DNA of 63,195 nt, the filler included, from Reticulomyxa filosa (Eukaryota; Protista; Foraminifera): assembly GCA_000512085.1 (NCBI GenBank). It is 20 parts of 20 records of this genome, joined end to end, with 100 filler letters (N's around TTAATTAATTAA, not from the genome) between each part and the next. Parts side by side here need not be neighbours in the genome. Positions count along the whole stretch, not along the records: positions 52,079 to 56,699 come from ASPP01023435.1; positions 56,800 to 59,307 come from ASPP01027531.1; positions 59,408 to 60,407 come from ASPP01044882.1; positions 60,508 to 61,619 come from ASPP01016352.1; positions 61,720 to 63,195 come from ASPP01007428.1; 15 more parts are not named here. One strand, written 5' to 3'. The notes under the pieces were generated by a model. The model searched no databases. It had not been told where the DNA came from and saw only the letters and a list, made by a program, of their open reading frames with translations. Made by a program: the position numbers and the translations under genes. Positions 53,101 to 63,195 of the stretch are shown here, in pieces (the stretch's first letter is position 1; each line of letters opens with the position of its first letter).

Positions 53101-53435
53101 TCGCGTTGCTTGCTTTTTTTTTAACAACTTTTGAAAACAATTTACATTTTTGTACTCCCTCTCTTAGTTATCCCTTTCCAAAAAAAAAAATTCACTGTAA
53201 GAAGAGAGATGCATTTTATTTTGCTTTCTTTAAAAACATGGCTTAATTGTTGTTTTTTTTTTCCATTATTATTATCAAAAAAAAAAAAAAAGCAAACAAA
53301 ATAAACATGTTTGAAAAAATTTCTTTTTTTATTTGGATCTGATCTTCGCACTATCTTTTTTTTTTTTCCCACTCTCACTCAGTTTTAAAAAAATGCATAC
53401 ACAAAAACGTTGCATGATGAATTAATTTAAATTTT

Positions 53436-54246
53436 TTAACAACAACCGTTGCTATTTTTGCTTTCTTGTTTCTCTAGCTCTAACACATTCTTAGGCTTGT
53501 AAGCTGTCAGATGTGCAGCTTCTGCTCTTTTCAGTGCACTTTTTGCAATGGCCATAAAAGCCTCATCTACATTGGTGTTGTCTTTGGCAGATGTCTCGTA
53601 GTATGTAACGTCGTACTTATCTTTGCACCATTGACGCACTTTGGCATCGGGCACTTTTCTTTGCGTTTTGGTCAAATCTAGCTTGTTACCCAAAACCACA
53701 AACGGAAAGTGTTCTACATCCCGAGGGGCCCCTTGTATCAAAAACTCTTCCAGCCACAAATCCAGTGAATCAAACGATTTTTCGTCAGTAATATCATATA
53801 CCAAAACGCAACAGTCTGTTACGATTGGGACCGCGTTTCAAGAAGATTGAAACATTCAGAAATTTTTTATTTTTGTACTCCAAAAAAAAAAAAACAAAAC
53901 AGTATATATAAATTATACCTGCACCACGATAAAATGCCATGCCCAAACTTTGAAATCTTTCTTGCCCTGCTGTGTCCCATATCTGCAATATCACTAATTT
54001 ATCATCTATAGTAAGCTCCTTTGTGAGAAAGTCGGCTCCGATGGTGGGCTTGTATGACGACGAAAACGCTTCGTTCACGTATTTGTTCATTAATGACGTT
54101 TTTCCTACACTATCAATCACGGATAATTCAAACATGTTTTCATATCATTCTTGTTAAATCCCCCGAAGTAAATAAATAAGGCAGTTGTTACCTCGAGTCT
54201 CCCAAAAGTGTCACTTTCACCAACACTTTTTTTCTATTTCAGCCAT
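53436..54246 (-). CDS. RAB7: Rab7 GTPase, 3 exons
   Basis: [14 protein letters not shown]|[44 protein letters not shown]|[23 protein letters not shown]-terminal CC. Confidence 0.93.
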
Positions 54247-54907
54247 ACATCTGCCTAATACGTGCTTTATTTTGTATTGTCCCAACAACCTACAAGGTAC
54301 CTGTGAGACATTTTCAAATCTTCTTTGGGTTTGCACAAATATTCAACAATGGCTGTCAATGGATATGCCCTCTTTTTACAGTCTTCTTTTAAAAACAGTT
54401 GAACTTGATGTTTGTAAAATTTTCTTTACAATAAAAATACCAGCAGGAGGATTACCATCACCTCCAAGTTATTAGCAAAAGCAGATATTTGATCTTTTAT
54501 TCTAAATTTTATCGTGTAAGAATTTAAATTATCATTAATAATCACTGGCTAGCGTACAAAAGCCAGAAATATATTTGACTTTAAATATGCCTGAATATCA
54601 AGTGATAATACATTAGTTTTTGAGATATTTTATCAAAAAGAATGAGTTGTATACGTAATTTTTCCCTTCACCTTGACATGTATTCACGTATTTTCTTCTC
54701 GCTTTGAATTTTATTTCCAAATATAGATAATTGATTTCAATCATTCACTAAGTCATATTTATTGATGGAATTGTTATTTTATACTTATGTTTTAAAGTGT
54801 TACGTTGTCAGTACTTTTACAGCCCCTTCCTCACTCTTAAGAGAAAAAAGTTTAAATGCTTTAATATCATATTATCTAAGATCTCAAGAAAAAAGAGAAG
54901 TTGAAGA

Positions 54908-56297
54908 ATGACAACTCCTATTAACGTAAAAAAAAATTCAGTGCAGCCAACGCTGGTAAATTTTCCTTTTGACCTTTCAAAAGCTGTTATCTTTAGATTT
55001 TTTATTGTACTTTTTGTGTGATTTGTGGTGGACCAGTCAGAAGAAGAGATACAAATAATTGTTCAATATTGGATTCGAATAATAAAGATTAAATTGGGAT
55101 GGATCCGTGATTTTGACAAATTTGTTGTCAACTATGTTACGTTTTTTGTTTTTTTCAAAAGTAAATATTTATTTGTTGTTATTGTTTATAAACATTATCT
55201 AATAGGCAACTACAGTTTTCATGATCGATTCGTTTTGCGTATCATCCAAATTGCTTAAAATATTTAATGGACACAATACTCGTGTGTATAGCATTGACAA
55301 TTTCACATTCGATGATTGTCAGTTCATTTGTTCTGGATCAGGTGATAGAACAGTTCGTGTATGGGATGTAAAGACCACCAAACAAATTCAATCATTCAAT
55401 GAGCATTTAAGTTATGTATTTTGTGTGAAATTTTCACAATATCATTATCGTAGCAATAAGCGTACTGTTATTTGTTCTTCATCAAGTGACAAAACTATTC
55501 GTTTTTGGGATATCAAATATAATCGATCATTCCAAATATTCACTGGACATACTTCATCTGTTTATGGCATGAAATTTTCACCATTTAATGGTGGTAGATA
55601 TTTGTGTTCTGGATCATTTGACAAAACTATTCGTTTATGGGATGTTGAAACATCTAAATCATTACATATTTTCTATGGGCATGAAGGTTGTGTTTGGTGT
55701 GTAGATTTTTCACCATTGCAAGGCAATAATAAGAATGATAAAAGTAATAGTATTGGTGTGATTGGTGGTAATGGATATACTATTTGTTCCGGAGCATGGG
55801 ATAATACTATTCGTATGTGGGATATTGAAACAACAAAACAGTTGATTGTATTCAAAGGACATGAACAGTTTTTGAATAGTGTAAAATATGGATCAAATAA
55901 ATCAGGAATTAGTGGCAGTACAAATACAATATTATCCGGATCAGATGATAATAGTGTTCGTTTGTGGGATATTCGATCTGGTCAACAAATCCAGGTATTC
56001 AGACATATAAATGCTGTGTATGCTGCTGAATATTCGCCATTTATAAATAGTAATGAATTTGGCGATGATTCAAATGTAATATGCTCTGGATCATACGATA
56101 ATACAATTCGTTTCTGGGATATTCGATCAAATAAGGAATTGCACACGATAAACGGAGATGATCAAGAAGATGACGGAATATGCTGTCTTGAATTTCTACA
56201 ATTAAAAAAAGAAAAAAAGAAAAGTAATAACAACAGTGGTTATGGTATTACTCTGTGCTATGGTTCACGAAAAGGTCGTATTTGCATTTGGGGATAG
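54908..56297 (+). CDS. Expanded-family WD40 protein, 3 exons (54908-54955, 55037-55135, 55206-56297)
   Basis: Phase-0 GT-AG introns; WD40 blades; ends ICIWG*. Confidence 0.92.
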
Positions 56298-57906
56298 TAC
56301 TGTTTTTCTAAAATCATTATATCTGATAGATTTAATTCCTTTTGATTGAATTAAATGGAGAAAATTTTTTCTTTAATAAATTAACATTGTTTTAAGTCTT
56401 AGTCCTTCTTCTTTTGTTTCTTCCACTTTTTCTCCCTCTTCTGGTACTGGAGTTGACACCTTTTCTTTTGCTTTTAATAAACCCCTTTTTATTTTTATTT
56501 TGTAAATGCATGCCGTAAATTTTTTTTTTCTTCTACTTTTTTTATTTGATCGATTTTATTGTCCTTTTTTTTTTTTCCTGCACTAACATGCATCTCTCTC
56601 ACTGTTACATACGGTGTTTCGTTGTTGTGACATGCATCGAGTTCTATCAAAACCTCATTGTTCGCATTAGTATCTTTCGATTGAAGAGTGACAAGAAACN
56701 NNNNNNNNNNNNNNNNNNNNNNNNNNNNNNNNNNNNNNNNNNNTTAATTAATTAANNNNNNNNNNNNNNNNNNNNNNNNNNNNNNNNNNNNNNNNNNNNA
56801 TTTATTTCATTTATTGTATTTAAAAAAAGTTTAAGATTACTTTCGTGGACGGAATATTGTCAATTTTCATAAAATAGGTAATTGCATCATAGTAATTCCA
56901 ATGTATACTTTCAGCAAATGAAAATTCCAGCTTTTAAAAATAAAAAAAAAGTACGCACTCAATGAATTGCAATTCCAATGTTCAAGATCCCCTATTTCAA
57001 AATTTTGTTTCTCTTAGAAAATGCAAAACTTTAGCTTTCTTGATCACAAAATCATTGAAAAATGGCTTCACTCAGTCGAATCCGATATCCGATATCATGG
57101 TTTTGCAAATAACAAGTATTTGCATCAATTGGAATTCAACAATAAGGTTAATTATTTGTGATCATTGGAGAACTTCCTTCACGAGATGGAGGAAAATTAT
57201 TGAATAATTTGTCATCACTACAGTATAAGTGTTTCATGCTCAATTTGGTTGTATTTTTGATATACTCTTTCAATCATTCCTTATTTTGCTTGACATTGGA
57301 GCCACTACATTGGAAATATAAAACTAAGTGTTGCTGTGTCCATTCGCAATTATTATCAATCTTTTTAGGAGGGGATATATTAGATGGAATTGCTTTACAC
57401 AAACTTAAATAAATACAATGATCTTTATGACCAACCACTCCTTTTTCGTTTTTTTTTCATTTCATTTCAATCGCACACACGTTTCAAACAAAAATATTCG
57501 AATAAGAAATGGAGTGATTTCATTCATCATCTATTCTTTTTTTTTTGCGACTTTTCAGATTCAATAAATCTGACATTTCGACTGGCTGACAAATATAAAA
57601 AAGAATAATAGTGAATATCTCTTGCAATTATTTCAGCTTGTTTCCAAACAAAAAAGCTTGCACCTTCTTGTAACAAAGTGTAATACAATAGTATGATACA
57701 TTGAAAAGGTGTTTACAAAATTGTTGAAAAAAAAACAACATAAAAATGGAATAATTCTGATAATAGTGCATTCAGAGTGAAATGGATATTTTCTATGACT
57801 GTTTTTTAAATTTTGCAAAGCCACTTTTGATTAATGGTTATATTTTTTTTACTTCCCCCTTTTTAAAAAATCTCAACACTCATCATAGTTCCTCAACATT
57901 AATAAC

Positions 57907-59044
57907 ATGAGTGAACCCTTTGAAACTTTGAAAAAATGTCCCTTTTCACTAAAGGAGTCTCAATGTGTGTTTTACGAACACGAACTCCTCATTTGTGGGG
58001 CTTTACACAGTAAAGATTGTTATTCTTATCATACGCTTAAAAAAGAATACAGATTTATCTGTAAATATCCAAAAAATATTGAATTAATCGGACACTGTGT
58101 AGTGAAAATAAAAAATAACAAAGATAGAAATGAAATAACTTTACTGTCTTTTGGTGGACCACGTAATCGTGTATTAATAATGAAATATGTAAGTATTTGG
58201 AGTAATATATCAAATAAATCGTATAAATTGAACAATTATAATCAATGGATTCAGCTTAAAGATAATTACAATAATCCAATTCATTTTGAATCTACTACGT
58301 ATTATTCTGGATCGCGTGCAGTGAGTGAAACTAATAATGATTTATTATTTATCGCTTCTGCTTCTTGTACTATTAGCGTATTTGATTTAAATACACTTCA
58401 ATTTATTAAAAATGATAATTTACCACTTACTCGTCGAGAGATGGGATATGGTTGTTTTGTATTAAATTCAGGAAATAAATAAACACAAACAAAAATATAT
58501 GAAATGTTATTGTTTTATCGATCAACAGGATTATCAATTGAATATGATGAAAATAATAATACTTTTCAATTTCATAAATTACCTATTTGTAGAGGTATTT
58601 CACAATTCTTTGGGTATGGATACGTACTTATTAATGATGCTATTTTATTTTTTGGTGGATGTGGTGATGGTATTACAAACGCAGTACTTGAATATTTAAT
58701 TCCAGAAAAAAAATGGGTAGCATTTAAAAATACATTACCTTGTGAATTGTGTCATTGTACTGCAATATTAAATGAAAAAGATAAGTATATATACATCATT
58801 GGAGGATATAATGGAGAAGAGACAACATCAGTTCACATGAGAACAAAAGTGCGTGAATGGGATCCTTTATACTTGGTAATTATTTATTTATTTATTTATT
58901 TATAAATTTAATTTAATTTTGATTAATAATGAATAGACAATGAATGAAATAAGATTTATTATTCAATATTTGGTTCGAACTTTGAAGATAAAATTCGGAT
59001 GGATCAATGATTTTGACATAATTATTACAAGGTACAGTAGATGA
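57907..59044 (+). pseudogene. Kelch-like propeller gene with one in-frame TAA (58480-58482) and a terminal module exon 58937-59044
   Basis: ORFs 57907..58482 and 58504.. are in the same frame; GG/Y/W kelch motifs; phase-0 intron 58876-58936. Confidence 0.75.
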
Positions 59045-60507
59045 AATCATTTTTATCTTTGCTTTTAAGTTTTTTTTGCTTTGCAAATAATATGATGTTC
59101 AATACGTATTCTTTCTTTTTTTTTTATTACTCAAAAAGTTCAAAATCTAAGTAAAAAATCAATTCCGTCGAAAGAATATTTCAACTTTTCAAATGATTTA
59201 TTGTCTCTAATAATAGAAACTTTTTAAGAAAAAAGGGTATTGTGAACGATTTATTAGCTCATAAGCAATTTTTAACAATGAAAATGAGTAAAATGCGAAA
59301 CAAACTGNNNNNNNNNNNNNNNNNNNNNNNNNNNNNNNNNNNNNNNNNNNNTTAATTAATTAANNNNNNNNNNNNNNNNNNNNNNNNNNNNNNNNNNNNN
59401 NNNNNNNGTTGGAAAGTGATGTCAAAAAAATATGACATTCCTGATCATCGAGACGATTTACTTTTACTAAAAAATAATTTGAAAAAAAAAGTAATGATAA
59501 GAATAACAGTAATATTAAACAAATAAAAGAAGTAACACTATCAGTAGAAAAAGTTGAACAGCTGTCACCAACGCTTTCATTTGTCGTGGTGACAAACCTA
59601 AGAATGGGCTCTTTGCCTTTAACCGAAAGATACTCATTTCTTTTACAAGACTAGCAACACCAAATTTAAAAAATTTATGATAAGTCTCAACAAAAAAAAA
59701 GTTATTTTTAGATTGATAAATGAGTTTATATCAAGTTATAAGAAAAAGAAGGAAATTGTACTTCACTTCCTACTTTGCTGTGATTTTTTTGCTCCTTTTA
59801 TTATTTAATTTATTTCGTTTCCTTTTGTGAAACATTACCAACGATAAAAAATGATTCTTTTCTATGTTATAAGACAATCAATTTTTTTAATCGAAAGGAA
59901 ATCATGCAAAGATGTTAAAAATTTTTCAGAATCAACAAAAATCAAAAGAAAAATTGCAATTTACTGCTTTACATTAGTTCAAACAAATTTATATCTAATA
60001 AGCAACTGTAAATGTTTAAAAAAAGAGTTTAATTTTAATTTTATCCGTAAAACAGTTTAAATTTTCAAATAATTCCACTTGTTTTGGAACGTTTGTACTT
60101 TAACACAAATGTTATCATTTTAATTTTTCTGGTCTACGAAAGTGAAAGTTGGCATTGATCTAAAAAAAAAGCCTATCCCCTTTAGGATAATAATCCTTTA
60201 GAAGTGATAAAGCAATGAGCGGAAATGTTGGAGCACTTTGCGGAATGACTTGCCAAAAAAAAAAAAAAAAGGTGTGTTAAGCTTGCACACAATTACGCCA
60301 ATTGCCAAATGGATCAAGAGTTTAACATTTCTTTTTTTGCAGTTGGATAGAGTCATTGGAAAGTTGTTGCAATCGCTGACCCAGTTGTAAATGCTTTTCG
60401 GTGCAGTNNNNNNNNNNNNNNNNNNNNNNNNNNNNNNNNNNNNNNNNNNNNTTAATTAATTAANNNNNNNNNNNNNNNNNNNNNNNNNNNNNNNNNNNNN
60501 NNNNNNN

Positions 60508-61558
60508 GGCGAAGAAGCATGCCACGGCCGACGATCCGTGGGCGATGGAGTGGATGAAGACCAACACGGCGGCCAGCGGCGCCTACGTCATCGAGAGCCA
60601 CAAGCCGGGCGAGAGCACCGTGCTGCGCCGTAACGAAAAGTGGGTCGGCGGCGCCGGTGGTGCGCTCCCCTCCTTCAAGCGCATCATCATCCAGACCGTG
60701 CCGGAACCGGCGACCCGCGCCAACCTGATCGAGCGCGGCGATGCCGATCTCGCGATCGATCTGGCGGCCAGCGACCTGCCGACCATCGAGAAGTCGGCCA
60801 AGTCCAAGGTCGTCTCGATCCCGCAGACCAACGGCTTCACGCATATCTCGATGAACACGCAGATGGCGCCGTTCGACAATCTCAAGGTGCGCCAGGCCGT
60901 CGCCATGGCGCTGCCCTACGAAGACATGTTCAAGGCGGCGATCTTCGGCCGCGGTACCAAACTCTACAACGGCACCTGGGCCACCGTGCCGCCGGATGCG
61001 AGCTTCCCGCAGGCGATTCCCAACAAGACCGATCTGGCGAAGGCCAAGGCCCTGCTGGCCGAGGCGGGGCATCCCAACGGCTTCTCCACCACCTTCGCCT
61101 TCACGGCCGGCCAGACGGCGACGGCGGAGCCGATGGCGGCGCTGGTCAAGGAGTCCCTGGGCAAGATCGGCATCCAGGTTGAGATCCAGAAGAAGCCCGA
61201 CGCCGAGTTCAACACGCTCGAGTCGGAGAAGAAGATGCCGCTCTTCACCGACGGCGCGACCGCCTGGCTGCCCTACACCTATTACTTCTTCTACCTCTAC
61301 TTCACGCGCGACCAGCGTTGGAATTTCGCGAGCTTCAAGAGCAAGAAGATGGAAGAGCTCACGCTCGAGGCCCGCTACCAGACCGACAAGGCAAAGTACG
61401 AGGAAGGCTGCAAGCAGATGATCGAACTGTTCAACGCGGAGACGCCGTTGATCATGCTGTGGCAGCCCAACCACGACGCCGTGATGGCGAAGTCGGTCGA
61501 CGGATACACCTACCAGTTCTACCGCCAGGCCGACTTCCGCGACCTCAAGCGGGTCTAG
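60508..61558 (+). CDS. Bacterial ABC transporter substrate-binding protein, family 5 (Dpp/Opp/Nik-like), 5'-truncated
   Basis: High GC; SGAYVI..H.PGE..VL.RN, PFDNLKVRQAV, DLAKAKALLAEAG.PNGF. Confidence 0.92.
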
Positions 61559-61562
61559 CACC

Positions 61563-61619
61563 TTGCTGGCCGGCATCCTGCGCCGGGTCGGTCGACGCCT
61601 TCTGGCATCGATCCCGGCC
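61563..61619 (+). CDS. Start of the cognate ABC permease (DppB/OppB-like)
   Basis: TTG start 4 nt after the upstream stop; MLAGILRRVGRRLLASIP. Confidence 0.55.
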
Positions 61620-62077
61620 NNNNNNNNNNNNNNNNNNNNNNNNNNNNNNNNNNNNNNNNNNNNTTAATTAATTAANNNNNNNNNNNNNNNNNNNNNNNNN
61701 NNNNNNNNNNNNNNNNNNNTTTGTGTGATCGTAATTGTGATTGCAAACATTTTACAAAACTCGGTCTTTTGGTGAGGTCATGTACTTCGTTTCTATATCA
61801 ATTTTTTTTACGCGTTCAAAAAAAAAAAATTATTATTGGTTGTTCTTGTTGTTTTTTTTTTAAATCAATTGAATACTGAATTAACTTTTGGAATTTTCTT
61901 GGTCTTTCAAATCGTCTTGTTGTAACATGCTTAAAAGTCCACTCTTTGCAAAAAGGGATTTTAAAAAAAAATTACTTGGTTTCTAATAAATAAAATAAAA
62001 AAAAGGGGGAGGGTGAGTTGCAAAAAGGAAAAAAAAATGAACTTGTTGAGATTCCTTTCGAAGATCTCTCTGCAATA

Positions 62078-62480
62078 CTATGGAACTTCTTCAAATTCGT
62101 CAACGACTCTCTTCACGACGTTGACCAACAGCACTGGTTCTTGTGTCCAATTCACGCCGATTTTCTCGTATCGTACCTCGCCTGTTTGTGGATTAACCAA
62201 TGGGTGATTGTTGAATTCATCTGGGTTAACTGACATCTTTGGTGGTTCTTCTGGGAAGCTTGCTGGCAGCTCACTGTTTTTTTTTTGGATTGTAACATGC
62301 ATCACCCCTCCGCTCCTTTTTATTACAACACAAAGTCTCCCTTCTCCTTTTTAAATAAAAAACACAATACATTTTCAGTTGCGATTTGCCACCACCATTT
62401 TCCATGTCCACTTTGAATTGGGATGCCTCTTTTGCAACTTTCTCCACACGCTTGTAGCGCTTCAAACTGTTAACATGGTC
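62078..62480 (-). CDS. UEV/UBC-like fold protein (VPS37A/TSG101-like), partial, multi-exon
   Basis: LPASFPEEPPKMSVNP...HPLVNPQTGEV...W motif without a catalytic Cys. Confidence 0.5.
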
Positions 62481-63195
62481 TTTCTTCTTGTTACTTCTTT
62501 GTTTATAAAATAAACAAAAACGGTCGTGTGCGTATCTTATGTTTTTTTGGAAAAACCAAAGAGTGAGCAAATATCCATCTCACTAACATGTTATTTACGC
62601 CTGAAGTGCACTTGAACATATTTTATCGTTTTTCGCTTGTATTACAGACAAAAATCAAGTCTGATAAAAACAGATTTTGTTACGTTTTTGCCCAGAATCA
62701 ACAAAAAAAAACTTTTTTTGCATGTTTTATTAAATCCGAATTAACTTTTTATATTCTGAAATCCAAACAATTCAAAAAAGAAACATGAAGTTGTCTAACA
62801 TATCGACAAACAAGCCATTCTATATTTATTGCAATTTTTGGTATATGTCCATGTAAAGTAATTTCCATGAGAAAAATATTGTTGCTCTCAACCGGCTTCT
62901 CAAAATAAAAAATGAATAGCTGTTTTGTTGAAATTGTTTTATGAAATATCTTTCACAATGAATCCACAATCTAATTGTTCAGATACTGCAATGAAAGTAC
63001 ACCTGATCTGTCATATTTTTGAAAGTACTTTAAATTCCTACTCTGATCCAAGGTAAAACAATTTATTACTGGAAAGATATAAATCAATTACTATAATTGA
63101 ATGTGTAGTACTCATGATATGTCGTAACAAGCAGTTCTCGCAATCCAAGTAAACTTTGGAACCCCTTTATTCTAACAACACACTATTCACTTTCA

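Noticed and set aside
60452-61576. 374-aa minus-strand ORF and other overlapping ORFs in the GC-rich contigs
   Set aside because: Shadow frames expected in high-GC DNA opposite a well-supported gene

Overview
This window is not one locus. It consists of 20 short unrelated contigs joined by 19 artificial ~100-nt linkers (N-run + TTAATTAATTAA + N-run). Eighteen contigs are very AT-rich, intron-containing eukaryotic DNA. Their expanded WD40, kelch, TRAF-zinc-finger/Gly-rich and HEAT families and many decayed gene copies resemble the foraminiferan Reticulomyxa filosa (recognition from memory, not a database result). Two contigs (50941-51978, 60508-61619) are GC-rich bacterial DNA, encoding a GTP-dependent PEPCK and a peptide/nickel ABC binding protein. 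Recognisable host genes: a SET-domain protein, a TBC Rab-GAP, an ENPP, a GPCR-like protein, a USP, a UBR1-like ligase, an alpha/beta hydrolase, a SAM-GTPase, a PH-FYVE protein, SEH1, myotubularin, Rab7, and several WD40 and kelch propellers. Most notable observations: (1) a TBC-rhodanese protein fused in frame to a catalytically degenerate uracil phosphoribosyltransferase domain; (2) a ~33-aa module encoded by a symmetric 99-nt phase-0 exon, N-terminal to WD40 propellers and C-terminal to a kelch propeller, possibly a lineage-specific shuffled E3-adaptor-like box; (3) an unannotated tRNA-like gene with a long variable arm but an AAT anticodon, next to a 1.4-kb 9/18-nt minisatellite; (4) an AAA-TAA +1 frame continuation in SEH1. 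Exon boundaries were worked out by hand and are approximate unless stated.
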